A DNA stretch of 64,000 nucleotides from Klebsormidium nitens (Eukaryota > Plantae > Klebsormidiophyceae). Positions within the stretch are counted from its first letter, which is position 1. The number at the start of each line of letters is the position of its first letter. Under the pieces are notes generated by a model, which was not told where the DNA came from, searched no databases, and saw only the letters and a program-made list of their open reading frames with translations. A program made the translations under genes and the position numbers. The stretch spans positions 1 to 64,000 of the forward strand of contig DF237418.1 in the NCBI GenBank assembly GCA_000708835.1, in the 5' to 3' direction. Below are positions 1-13,500 of the stretch, piece by piece.

Positions 1-1339
1 CACAACCGGGCATCGTCGTACGGCTCGTATCTAGATCGAGACGAATCCCACACACGCGATGGAGCTGCGCATTGCCTTTTTTCGCGATTGATAAATCGCC
101 CCAGAACTTGTCTCGCGGGTTTCTTGCGAGTTTTCGCCGATTCTGTCCATTTCGGCCGCAAGAAAATTGACAGGCAACTCTTTCTTGTGGCGGCTCTTCT
201 TGCCGGTTCTTGTGCGGTGCATAGTTTATGCCATCCTTGCACCCGCGTATGGTCGAGTTTGGATACCATCGACGCCGTCCGATTGCCGTCCGGTGCGTGA
301 ATAAAGCCATTCCCAGCCGTCAGGTTATAGTTGTTGGGCCGGGCAGAAAAGACTTGAGCAGACTACAGCCCGGTGCGAACAACCGGTCTTTTCTTGCCTG
401 TTCCGGCTGTTTTCACAAGAAAAGCGGCAAGAAAAGACCCACAAAAAAAGTTGAAATCATTTAGGTGCGAATACCGTATGAGACTCCAAGTTGGCAAACC
501 CTAATTTTGAAGCCGCCCACTTGCACTTTTTTAGCTCGGTTTTTTTGGTTTACAGAAAACCAGCTATCGTTTTCCCCCGCAGCGTTTGAAAAACCTGAAC
601 GTGAGCACACTAGATTGGATCACTCAGTTAAGAAGATTTTATCCATCGAACGAGTGCTTTGGCAGGCGGCAGACCGGTAAGGCACTGGTGATTTCGATGG
701 TTCGAAGCGTTTTGCTGGCTCTATTTTTTTTTGCGCTTGTGAGACGCTCTTTGGAGCGCGTTCATTCGTTCATTCTGCGGACATGCGGACAGACGGACCG
801 TCTCGAACCTCGGATTATCTAGCATTTCAGCATTGGTCCGACCCGACGGGAGACTCAGGCCGTCACGGTGTCGGGGACCGTGGCCCGTCCGGCGGTCCAG
901 ATGAGATTCATTTCTTTTGGCGCGTGTGAAGTTACATTTGCGGCTTGCCGTACGGCTTGACACGAATCTGCATAAGCCAGCCTAAAGACTCTGAACCTGA
1001 CTGCGTATGTTATCAGTACCGGGCTACATACATCGTACCGGTATCTTTGCGACAAACTCATCAAACAGACTCTACGGGTTCGGGGAAATGCCCGAATGAT
1101 TACGTGGACATTCGCTTATAATGTTCCGCGTATCTGAATATCTGGATTCAAATATGTTAGATGGGACAATCTGCAGCCCCTGCCAGATTACGGTGTACCG
1201 GTGCCAACGTACCGGCTGCCATCTTGGACCCATCCAAGACTTGTTCACATCATAGAAAAGCATCCCCTATAAAAACCGAGCATACGTGGCGTTTCGCCAC
1301 CGGTCACTTTTTTTTTTTTCCTTTGGCTGCAGGAAGAAT

Positions 1340-2172
1340 GTTGGGGCAAGCATTTTCAGAAGCTGCCGCCACAGTTGTTCAGGAAGGTTGTGCAGACGTA
1401 GCCAGGGCGTACCATTAAAAAGAGCGTTCAGATTCCATGAAAGGAGATCTAATTGCATCTCTTGTGCGAAGCTGAGGCCATGCAATACTCCCTGGCGGAG
1501 AGGCACCGCTGCGTAATGTGTAAGACTTTCTTGATGAATCTTGTCTTAGATTTGAGTCAAGCACCACCTTTGATGCTTGATTTGGGAGTGTCCCCAATGC
1601 CGTATGTTGGCATGCTTTTTTCTGCTTTTTTTTTGTAGCTACGATTTGTGGGCCAATTAAGAAAATGGTAGAATGCCATTGTTGTGCACAGATTGAGATA
1701 GAATGCCACCCAACTCGTGCAGCAATGTTGTCCGAGAATCATCAGAAGCTTTCTAAATCTTGACAGAAACAATACAATGGCTAATCAAACTTTTTCTACG
1801 CAAGTTGGTCGCATACATTGATCGCCCTATGTGAAAATGAGTATTTGCTGAAAGCTATGCCCGTAGTCATGAATCGTGCAACGCCTCCAGGGTCCCTTAA
1901 TCGTAGATCCTGATAGCAGCATGAATCCCTTCGCTGGTGATCATCGTTTGCTCTTTCTGACTGATTTGTTGACCGTCTACGACATTGTCAATCAAAGTAG
2001 CAAATTGAGGGGGATCATCCAATGTGATAGAAGCGAAAATGCTGACTGAATCCATCACTGACTCCAGGTCTTGGCTCAGCGCCAGACGACTTTGCACAAG
2101 ATTCTGGACCATGCGGACGACGCTTTCTATCTCCTGATGCTTGCGCTGGAGTGTCACAGCCTGCAAACTTAA
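1340..2172 (+). pseudogene. Decayed partial duplicate of the PEX12 5' end (exon 1 remnant, intron 1 traces, exon 2)
   Basis: 2068-2172 reads VLAQRQTTLHKILDHADDAFYLLMLALECHSLQT*, against PEX12 exon 2 VLAQRQPALHKVLDHADEAFAVLMLALEYHSLRTQ. About 1476-1496 (gccatgcaatactccctggcg, AMQYSLA) matches the end of exon 1 but the GT donor is lost. Intron similarity: 1850-1890 versus 10862-10905. Confidence 0.85.
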
Positions 2173-5100
2173 GATGAAATATCAGTTCAAGCATCCCAGC
2201 ATATACATTGAGTAATCCTCACATGCCAAATTGAAGGATTGAGTACATGTCTTTTAAATGTTTGTGGTGCTGGAGACTCATTATTTTGACCGCATAAACA
2301 ACATCCAAGGCTTCTGCTTGAGAGGAAGTGTCAGCGGGGCTTGGCAAAAGCGAATGTTTTCTTTTGAAGAGCTACACCAGCAAGGAGCGCATAAGCAGAT
2401 TCCAGCTTAAATATGCGCTCATACAGCTGACTGAGCCTGTCTCTACCACGTCTCCACAACCAACTTCCATTGGAATTGAACCAACTGCATGATGATCTGG
2501 ATGTCAGCCTCAATAATTAACACGAAGCGCATTGAGCTCTCCAGCGTATTCTCGCTCGTGTTCAGCTTTTAGTGTCTCTGATGGTTTAGCCATCTGATTC
2601 AACAACTGGTTCGCTCCCTGCACACAGTCATCTTGGTGACCTTCCCGCCCGCCTGCCCCCTAAGGCCATGGATTTCCAAGGAAGGGCCCTTGGACCATGG
2701 CGGGACGCCACTCCCCAAAGACAGCGCCCCGTTCCTTTCCAAGTCTAGCCCCCCCTCTTCCACTGTATGGAAAGACAAGGCAGCCTTGGGATCTCCCCCT
2801 CTGACAGCATGGTAAATTGTTCGTTGCCCCCCTTTCTGAATCACCTTTCTTCCGAGGGGGTAGTCCAGGATCCGTGATGGGCCCGTGCCCCCTTCCCCAC
2901 CTGTCGCCCCCCATTGTGCTCCTCACACCTAGCCGCGAATTCCTTGTGGGATTCTCCCCTTTCCATTTGACGGACCCCTTTGCCAGAAAACATGGGCGAG
3001 CCAGTTCGGCCCGCTTCCAGAGAGTTCTGCCCAAGACGCTCCCCCCCCTGGGGCCAATTTGACAAGATTTTGCCCCCCCGCTTCGATAGGCCGTTCGACC
3101 ACCGCTCGTTCCTCACTCTCGCGGCCAAATGAGACCCGGCGTTTGGTTCCAGTGGAGCAGGGGGTCCTTATTGCCCTGCGGCCCACCCCCTCTTACCGTT
3201 CTGACTTCCTCCAGGTCCTTGCAGCCCGGCAGGAGCATGAGTGGGCCCCCAGTTTAATCAGGTCTGCATGTGCTTTCTCTCGACTCAGCATACTCTGCAC
3301 CGTTAAGTTGCGCCCTTAATGTGCTTGCCTGCTCATGTTTATGCTTGCTTCTGTGCTAGTCCAGTTCCCTGAGTTCTCCTGTCTTGAGACAGAAGATAAA
3401 CGCAGAATGCTGAATTGCCACTCTTAATTGTTAGGCACTGGAACATGATGTGACCAAGACCGTTTCTCTTCAAGGACACGAATTGATTTCTCTAGATGAG
3501 TTCCTTCCCAGGACGGGAAAGATGATTTTAGAAGACGTTAGCTCCTGCCCTTGTCCCCTTTTCTGGACATGAACGAGTCCGCTGCCTCTTGACTCGGAAG
3601 AGGACTCACTGAGTTCCCCATCATCAAACAAGCCAGGCAAGCCTCAAGGCCGGTCGCTGGAGCCGCTTGTTGGTTCAAGACAGGGGTCGAGACTGGTTGA
3701 ATGCAGCCTCGAGGCCATCTCTTATCTGGTTGGTATTGAGAGCGTTGCCACGGTTTGCCTGTGGTCATATGCTCGATAACAGCTGCTAGCCCTTCCCGGA
3801 GGCATGCCTGAACGTGTAACTTTTGTTATCTCCTTGTTGTGGGCACCACTAAAAGGTTCATTTACCGCCACCGAAAGGTTTGTCTTCTTGCTCGCCATCA
3901 GTTCTCAAAGCTTAAATTGAAGTTCCCGTTTGCCCTGAGCGCTGCCTGGTCGCCGCACAATATCCGCTCTCGTTTTGGCGGGTCGATCAGTGCGTTCGCA
4001 AGCGGAACAGAGGGCAAAGTCTGATTTTCGGCGATGAACCAATTGTCGCAGTCAGTTGTGCTTCACCAGATGGTCCACGATGTGATGTCTGTGCAAAACA
4101 GAAAACACTCGTCTTTCCGCAAATCAAGATCAACATACTAAACATTGGTAACGTCATCACGCTGCCGGCAAATTTGGACCCACCAAGTCAACTTTGGTGA
4201 ACCCGGTCCCCGTTCAAATTTAAGCGTGGGATGTGATCTAAACTCCCTTTTGTTGTGTGATGGGTTGGGTATTAACCTCTTTTTGCGTTGAATGAAAGAA
4301 AGGGCATGCCTAATTTATAACCAACTGAATGTAAGGTCGCCCACCGTTCGGGATAGAAGTATTTGCCCTCTGAAAAATAAAGACCCGTTGACTGATCAGG
4401 CTCGACAATTCCTCTCCACCTGGGCCGCCACCGCTTCGTCCCCAGCTGCTGGGCCTACAATGCCTCCCCTGTGCGCTACGGCGACTTCTCGGGGTTTCCG
4501 CGTGGAGACCACTTGCCTGGCTGGACTTCGGCGTCGCTGTTGCGGGGTGTGCTCTGTAACATGAGGGACGAGGCGCGAATGATGATGCAACGACGGCAAA
4601 CGCTCTGGGCAGCCTACCGAGGCATACCTCTCTATAAACAAGGCCCCCAAGCGCAGCAAGCGGGCAACAAGAAGATGAAGGTGAGCAAGCCTTCGTTGGC
4701 GAACAGCATCTCCATACTACGTGCCCTGCGCGGCAATATCCGTCGTGAAAAACTACTCGCGAATGTCTCCGTTTCTTAACAAAGTCGTCCGCTTGAGGGC
4801 TTAGCTGATTGTAACGGACTGAGTTGCAAATATGTCTGAGAGATTTGGCAGACAAGGGGCTAGGAGCATCTCTCCTAGCACTGTTTCGTTCAAAAGAACT
4901 GATTGGCTGTCCGTATGGTTTTCCTCAGCCCTGTCTTCCCCGACCCGTCTGCCTCTCTCCGACTTTTCGTCGTTCCTTGCCAACCAGTCATCTGCTTGTT
5001 GCCTCAGGTTCTGGTATCTTCTTACGGTCTCTTTAAAAATTGCTTCCGTTGTCCCTCCAGGCCGCCCATGAGGCCACGGGCAAGACCATGTTGTCTGGCG

Positions 5101-6306
5101 CACTTGGCGCCCCTCAATGTCCCTCACGGGAAGCTAGAGTTTCATTGAAAAACATTGAAGTTGCTACTTAGATCGAGGGCGAGCTCGCCGCATTGTCCTG
5201 AACCAGTGTAAGCCACAAAGGTGTCTGTAGGACGCAGGTAGATTGGTTTTGGTAATGTTAGTGAATACTGGCCTCAAAAGTACGGCTTAATTGTGGGCAA
5301 GTCGGGCTCAGTGGGCCTCCTTCTTGGCTAGGGGTCGATGATCTGTGAAACAAGAGCCGGTTGATGAGCAAAAAAGGGGCAGCAAGTAGATGGGTTGCGA
5401 TGTCGTGTTGTACATGTTGCGTCCGATCGATCATCTCGGCTGCTGTTCAGACCATGGCATGCCACGCGCTCTGTCATAGACTGCATGCAGTCCCGGATAG
5501 ATTCCAGCATAAAGACGGTTGTCGCCTTTATCGAAGCAGCTCATAGGGCTCGAGTAGCAGAATCTGTACCTACTTTTCACACTTGTCACACTCGATCGAG
5601 CGAGACTACTCCTCTTCCTTGCGATAATTGATCGGAGCATTGGGGGTTACTTGATACTCCAGTGGCCAGTGACCTTAAGTCGTTTTTGAATCGCACTTTA
5701 GGATTCAGACGGACGTCAAGTCAATCAGACGACGTCAGAATTTTTGTGTATGTTGCCTGGCATGGCAATTGGTATCGCACATGCTGGCACCCGGCCAAAG
5801 CGTAAATATGTCACGATCCTACGATAACACCCATCTTGGCGCGCCGCCGCCACCGGCCGGTCCATGCATGCATGTGAGCGAACGACTGAAGCGTGCGCGT
5901 TGACATTTTGTATGTAAGCTACAATTGTTAATGTGCGGATCGGTAAGCACGGCATGTTGTGCCGCTCATGATTAGCTAGTACTTGCAGTGACAAACGCTA
6001 CCGCGCCCGGCCCGCACGAGTGGGATGCATGCATACAAGCACGTTCGATCACCTCCACACGCATATGACCAACCATCATTGACATGCTTATAGCACGCTC
6101 GAATGGCCGCCTCTCAGTCCATCATACAAGGCCGGATAAGTGCCTGAAGCTTCGCCCACATTCCAATTCATCGTCTTTGAGAGTCGAAGAGTCTTGGCAC
6201 ATGCAAAGACTCGTAAAACTAGAGCGTCACAACTGCCACAATACGAAAAGATGTCTCTACGATATGCCCGATGTCCATTCCCTTCTCCACGAGGGTCGGC
6301 TAGATG

Positions 6307-9300
6307 TTACTCGGGAAAAAGTCCGTCCCAAACTGCATCCGATGCGAGGTCTTCGTTGGCAAGCAACTCGGGTGCCATCAGCTCCTTGGCTTTTCTGTAT
6401 GCTTTTGTCAGCACCGAGCGCGAGCCTTCCACCATGACAGATTTCATATACCGGTAGCCCTCCACGATCGCGAGCGGGAAGACATTGACATCCCCAGCTG
6501 CGAAGTCCCTCGCCTTGGCCGCCCAGCCTATCTCTAGAGCCATGCACATTTCCGCCGGGATGTCCTTGTAGAGGTCCATCACGTACTTGGGTCCGCCGCC
6601 GCTGAGTGCACCCCGCTTAGTGACCATAGCGACGACCTGGTTTGGACTGTGTTGGTCCCCACCTGTGGCGAGCGGCGGAGCCGCGGCCCTCGGGCAGAAC
6701 CCGACGTACTGCAGGCAGACCTGCATGTGAAAAATTGGTTGAACGAAGGCATCCTGATTTGTTTGCAACCGTCAGAGACGTTCCCGATGCGGGAAGCTTT
6801 CCTTGGTTTGCTAGCGGACCAGTTCACATAAAAGTGGTCAACAGAATTTTGACCAGGCGCAGAACTCGGCAAGGAACCTTCATCAAAATTCTGGGCCCGG
6901 TTCAGCGAGGAAACATCGTCCTGGCTAGACGGCAGCAAAGGCAGCCAAGACGATGACGAACGCGCAATTTGGAGCAGTCCATCTGGCCGGCTTGTGTACA
7001 CAAACCCGACCTTGCCTTGTTCGCGGAATACTGAAAGACTTTAGAGCGTGTCGTCTGAGGCGGCAAGCGCAACGAACTTGACAGGACCTCCTCCGCAAAC
7101 AAGAGCCTTGCAAGAATGTTTTGTCTCTAAGTACTCCCCACTCACCTGCGACCCAACCTGCTCCACGTTTCTCCCCGTGACCTCGGTCTTGAGCTCTTTC
7201 GCGACGGCTGACGTCATCGCATGACGGGTGCTCTGCAGAGGCACGGCTGACAGAACCAGGTCGGGGTAGCCCACGTTGTACGTAATGTAGGACTTCGTCC
7301 GGACAGCCGTGCTCAGCAGCGTCGCCGGGCTCTTGTCTGAAACGATTGCCACATAGGCCGCCTGCGAAGTGAATGCGATTTCAGCTTTGCCTTCAAGCGA
7401 TTGTTACGCGATCCACGGTATGCGATATAGCATTAATCAGCTTCTAATCTGCGTCAGTAGAGGCGATTATAATATCAAAGACCAGCGAGCTATGGTGAAG
7501 GCCAGTTTCGCTCAGTTCAAGACGTTGTACCGGGCTGCATCAGACTGCTACAGCAAGCTGAGGGATCATCCGAAGAAGATCGGTGATTGACCAAACGCTG
7601 CTCAGCAGCTCAGAGCCGTGCCCTTCGTGCATTTGTTAGCAGCGAGCTTTCAAGGTTCTGGAGGCAGCATGAGCTGACTCTCTATCCCTCACTGATCGAT
7701 GGAATCTGCTTTCCGCAGCGGTTGTAATGCGCAACGTAGACACTTCGTGGCGGACCAAGGTAGTCCAAGCAGATCCAAGAGAAATGTAAAAGAAGGTGTA
7801 GTTCTTTTCTGATTGAGGTCCCTGTGGCAAGTTATCTTGCAGAAGATAGAAAGGCCCCCTAAGACTCTGCTGAAAATGACGATCTCAAGAAACGTTTCAG
7901 AATAATCACTCAACCAACCCCCTGAAAAAGCGAACGGGACAAATTGCTAGCTACCTGGCCAATGCGCTTCGCTTGCGCCTCCATGTGCCTTTTTACGGGC
8001 TCATAATGCGCTGTCTCTTTTCCGGCCTCGATGCTGCCGTACTTCCGAGGCATCTTGGCGAAGTCGATCCCGAGTCTGGCACAAAGCTGAGCGAGGTCGG
8101 AGGTTGTTCGCCAGCGGACGTCAATGTTCGCCTCCAGGAACATAATGACAGTATTTTGAAGCGGTGTCGCTGAGATGATGTTGACGCGGAACGGCGGAAA
8201 CCCTGCAGAGCAACAGAGAAGTTGAAATCCTTATGAGGCTGCCCTTCGCATCTGCGGACGACTATGAGACAAGGATGCTGCGTAACAGGCGCTCTCCTCA
8301 AGGGCGCAACAACGCCTTGTTGCGCAGTCTGTTTAGATGAACTCCAATCGCTTTTCCGAGTCGTTTTTTTTTGGCTTCTCTTTTCTGCCAGACTGTGCAA
8401 GCAGAAGCCTGCAGGCGACCATTTTAACAACAGGCCTTTATTAACACCTTTCAGTCGCAATCAGAGCTTGAAACCAAGCTCAGATAACCTGTGGATTAGC
8501 AAAACATGCCCTGGCTCCGAGGGTTTACCTTGGGAAGAATGCCTTAGCACGAGCAAAGCCACGTTCGCTTTTCAAGGCTCTGTCTCACGCTAAGTGTGTC
8601 CAAAGTTGTGCATCTGCTCGGCTGACGCATCTTACCTGGTTCGTCAACCTCCACAAGCTCCGACTCGATCGCTTCCCTTGTCGTGGCCTCCTCTTCCTTG
8701 CTCAGCAGACTCTCGCCCAGCTCGACGAGCGGCTCTTGGCCCTCTCTCTCGCCATGGGCGCTGTCGCTTGAGGGTGTTGAGGGACCTGCGCGGGGCTTTT
8801 TCTCTCTTTCCACTTCTTGCATCAGTTGCTGGAGCTCGTCCAGCTGCACATTAACCAGAGATTGCATGAACAAGGAGGCATTCCAGCTCATGCTCGGCGC
8901 GAATCATCAATGCAGAAGACTGAGCAGATCGTATGCTCACTCTTTCTCCACCTCTTGGTTTCCATCAATCAGTGCAATATAGTGCAATATAGACCCTGAA
9001 CAAGCTCAAGTTTCTCAGGCACTTACGGTCTGAACCTGCTGCAAACCACTGAATGAACGCAGGCAATAGACGAAGCTCGCTGGGAGGCGCCTCCTCACCA
9101 CCTCACTTCGGCCCTTGAAGATACACTGGCGATCATTCCAGCAAAGAAGACGCAATCGCTGCAAGTTCCACCTGCACTTAGCCCAGAAATACAAAAGATG
9201 CCCTTGACAATCCGTTGTCAAAGGATCGCAGAACAACTCACATGGTACTCCTCTGCAAACGCCCGTGTGTCATCTAGTGCAACCGGTTCAGCAGCACGCA

Positions 9301-10450
9301 GTACGACCTTCACCCGCTCTGGCTTCCCATCCCTCACAAGCAGCTTAAAAGCCTGTAGCGGAGTCTGGGAAAGTGGTGACGGAATGCAAAGCCACCACTT
9401 CCTCCGCTTCAGTTCCTTCGACTGATCTTTCTGTAAAACAAAGTCCACAAATGAAGTCAGTTTCTTGTAACAAAATGAAGGCTCAGGTTGCATGAGACTT
9501 ACACTGACAAAAGCAAGCTGACAAGAAGGTGCTCAAGTAGAGTAGACAGAGAAGTCCAAGATAGGGCTTGCAACGCACTGCACGACCAATGCCGATGGTC
9601 CAGCTTGCAACTTACCCCAAAGTGTTCTTCCGCTTCGTCCTTAACATCTGCCCAGCTCATCCACGCAATTTTGCTGAGCGTCTCGAAAGTGAGAGCTGCA
9701 AACAGGTATGATTGTAGTTTGTGACCCTTTACAGATTCTGACAGGATTCCAAAGAGTACAATCCCTAGAAGAGTGTATAGTCCAAGGCAGTTTCAGCTGC
9801 GGAGTAAATGCTACAGCTTCATCTAAACAAACGCACCGAGCAGATTATGGAAAGGGGGGTCCATACCCAACAAATTTTTTTTTGAACAGGTTCCTTCGAA
9901 AAGCAGTAGCCCTGCAGAGCACCCCAAATATCTCTCAGATGACAAGAAATGTTCAGCAAAACTTCGACACTAGATGCCAATCCCGCTGCTATGGTGTAAT
10001 TTCTCACCTTCAACACGATCCTTCTTAATGCTCATAAATCTGGGCTTGCTGGCGCACTCTTCATCGTACCAAACAAGAGGAACGTGTGCATCTGCCCTTC
10101 CCCACTCATCACTGCCGAAGTCTAGGACTCTGTTCGCGTTGAGCACCTGAAGCGCCGCGCTGATCGACATGTTTGTGAACTCAGTGGTTAGCTCTTCCAA
10201 GTCAACTTCAGCGTCACTATCGCTGCTAACCAAGACGTTTAAGAATGACCGCTTCATCTGACATTTGCCACGCTTTAGCGCCTTCCAGCATTGACGCAAA
10301 CTCGAACTGCAATAGAGCGCCTGTAGAACGGATGTGGATCTGAGACGAAACGTCGAAAGAAATGTTGTTGTTGCTGATCAACTCGAAACTTTTGCCTGAT
10401 AATGGTCGCTCAAACCCTAACCCTAAACTCAGCAACGCCTCAGGGATCAC
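6307..10450 (-). pseudogene. Unidentified multi-exon gene, apparently decayed
   Basis: Segments bounded by AG/GT with coding-like content at about 9420-9241, 9169-9028, 8890-8636, 8201-7955, 7362-7146 and 6720-6307. In-frame TGA stops occur in the 9169-9028 segment and there is a 10-bp tandem duplication at 8971-8990. No family recognised. Confidence 0.45.
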
Positions 10451-10596
10451 ATACCGTACTATACCTACCTAGACAGTAGATGCTTGTATGTGCACGCTTT
10501 TCCTGGATGTAGGGCGTACGGTGATCCGTCCTTACCCCCTTTTCTTGACGGCGCTACAGCCAGAGCAAAAGCAGCAATTTCAGCAGAGCAGAGGCC

Positions 10597-13500
10597 ATGC
10601 TTTTTCAAGTGGGCGGCGATGGCAGCCGCCCGACATTCTTCGAGATGTCGGCAACCGAGCATCTGCCCCTGAGCCTGCGGACCGCCATGCAGTATTCGCT
10701 TGCAGTAAGGCACTAGCGTTTGCAGCCTCCTCGATAGTTTTGAGATGAATATCACCCATTGCAATTGAAGTGTTTGAGGGCGTCTTCAGTGCTCTGAAGT
10801 GTTGGCTTGCAAAGACTGGCAGGGCTGCTTCTCACTTGATCTCAATTGCTATGGAATGAAGAAGTCTGAAAGTTATACCTTCGGTGATGAACCATGCAAC
10901 GCCTTAACAAACACTGTCAGACTCTGATGGCATAACGTATACCACTGCTTTCTGGTGTCGATTGGTGCCTTTGACCCCTCAATCTTGTTTAGTTGTGAAA
11001 GCCCTAGAAAGCATGATTGCGATTGGAGGATTGAAGGGTAGATTTGAATGTTTCAGATGCCACTGATGCTCATTCAAGCTATTCCTGACCCCAGGTCCTG
11101 GCTCAGCGCCAGCCGGCTTTGCACAAGGTTCTTGACCATGCGGACGAAGCGTTTGCTGTCCTGATGCTCGCTCTAGAGTACCACAGCCTGCGTACGCAAG
11201 GTGAGCTCCTAGTCCACTGATAAAAGCATCTAAGTTAGTTTGATTGGTAAAGCAAGGATGTTGAGTACATGTGTCCAAGATGCTAGAGAGGGGTTAGTTC
11301 GGCGCTTTGGACGAAATTGAAAGTCTCGCTGTGAAGGACCTGTTTGTGGAGCCGACAGCTGCATGATGTGTTCTTTCCGATGGTTCCATCGGCAAGCACA
11401 CCGCAAAGTGGAGACATTTTTGCTTCATTCCTTGTTGCCAGACGCGTCATTTGCGGAAGCTCTGTACGGGTTGAGGAGAACGCCTGCACGCGTCCAGGCG
11501 CTGCCACCTGGCCAGCAACGGAACGCCCCCCCTAGTTCTGGCCTTGGACGGAAACAGCGCCTTCTCTCGTTACTTTTCCTGGTGAGCTGTGGAAACTGCC
11601 CAGAGAGGATCTTAAAGCCACACGCAAAGTGTAATGTCTGCGACACTTGTAGAGGACTCATCTATTGCCACAGCAGCACTCCGCAACAGAGTAGAGGCGT
11701 GATGTTTGTCAACAACTCTTTCACTTACAGCAAATCGATGCGTCCGCTTCATCTTGATGCTGGACCGTAGGTGAGCAGAAAGTTCGTTCATGTAGGCCGC
11801 TTTGCAACCAAGACGCCCGGTATATGTGCGCACGAGCTTATCCATCACACGTCCTGTCACGTCAAAGACTGCATGACGCAAGCAGTTGATTCTAGGATAT
11901 AGATATTAGTGTTAAGCCTCACTGTTGGTCAGCGCAAGCTGACATGATCCTCTCTTAGACAGCGTTGCGGAGTTTTTCGTGGAGTCCACGGTGTTACAGT
12001 GCCCAAGATTTTGGATGTCACCAGAAAGCTGTTGACAGAAACCGTCAAAGTTGGTGTCCGCCGCCAGAACTACCGAAAGGATTGGTCGTCGAAATTTTGA
12101 TTGACTCATGGGCCGGTAGTCTTCAACGGTGTGTCTTGATCAACCGCTTTCCTTCCAACAGGTCGGACTTCCCTACCTCCGCACAAAGTTTCGGGCGGCG
12201 TACTCCGCTGACCGAAGGGGCACCCTCCAGAGCGGAATCTGGCAAGGAGGCGAAGCCGACGCCAACGGTTTCGCAAACGGGGACGGGAGCACAGACGCCC
12301 TTCTAGGCGAGGACCCGTTCGATTCCGAAATAGAAGCGTCCGAAACGGCTACGCTCGAAACCTGGCAGGGGTGGCGTGTTCGGCTGGGAAAGGCGATGGC
12401 GAGGGCCTACCCGCTTATACATACGTCGGTGGAGGGGCTATGCTTCGGGTACCAGCTTATGTACCTGCTGGACGTGACAAGGTACTATTCGCCGATGCTG
12501 AGGGGGGCGGGCGTTGTCGTGCGGCGATCGACGGGGCAAGAGCTGGTAAGTCGCATTTGACGTCCTGGTTGTTGGGCTTTAGCGTTCATCCATCCGAAGG
12601 TTTGATGGTCGATGGGGCGGGGTCGGTAAAGTTTCTTCGGATCCACCTACAACCGCTGTAGGTTTCGTCTTGCAAGAACTGGAAAAAGATGTGCCTGACG
12701 TTGTGAACGCGTTTACGCGTTTCCAGGAATCCGGAGGAAGCAGGGAGTCTCCTTGGATAGGGGCGCGATGTCGTCTCCCTTTCATTCGAAATGAATAGAA
12801 CCGCTTGGACGAACAGTTTGTCCTTTTCGTGAGGTCAAATGTTGAGAGGGGTCACGTCATCTGGATCTTTTAGCTTTTGTGACAGATCTTGAACTTTGAG
12901 AACTTCGCTACGTCGGTCAGCTGGACGGGAAGAGAAAGAAGCAATTGGTTAAAGTGTCGCTTCTCGCACTTTTCTCCTTATATGATCATATGCACTTCAA
13001 ACGATCTCTTCCTTTAACGACGCTTGCCGACACTCCTCGACCGCACTCAAGACCGTCTCGAGAAGTTTCCGACCGTTTCCGACAGCAGTGGCTGCTAACC
13101 CTCGGTTTACGATCGCCGGGAGTACCGGTTAGCGCCATTTAGAGGCATCTCAAAAATCTCTTGACCAAGAAAGTCCAAGTATTGACCGTGGGCCCCGTTT
13201 CGCCGCAGCTTGCCGCCGCAAAACGGTCGGAAGAGCTGCGCCGGGGCGAGTTCGGCCGGTTACGAGGCCCCGCGGTTCTTCAGTGGCTCCAGCGCTTCGT
13301 CTTCCGAACGGGGTACACGTTCTTGGACTCGTTACGAAACGGGCTCATAGTGTCGGTCTTCCTGTTCAAGGTGAGGTGACAGGGCCTATTTCTCGCTTAG
13401 TTTCCTTTTGCAGAAGGAAATCACGCTTCTAAAGCTTTGACGTAATTTTAGAAGCAGCGTGAGGAGCGCAAAGTTCCTCCCGGTTGCTTGATCGCGGCAG

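Noticed and set aside
2580-3770. C-rich region with many overlapping ORFs, possible retroelement
   Set aside because: No recognisable gag, pol or transposase motif and no terminal repeats. The ORFs are explained by composition.
4292-5130. Coding-like ORFs on both strands (e.g. 4310-4855 -, 4801-5127 -)
   Set aside because: No homology recognised and no consistent splice chain could be built.
9028-9169. TGA recoding (selenocysteine or readthrough) in the unidentified gene
   Set aside because: Neighbouring genes use TGA as a normal stop and the locus has other lesions, so decay is the simpler explanation.
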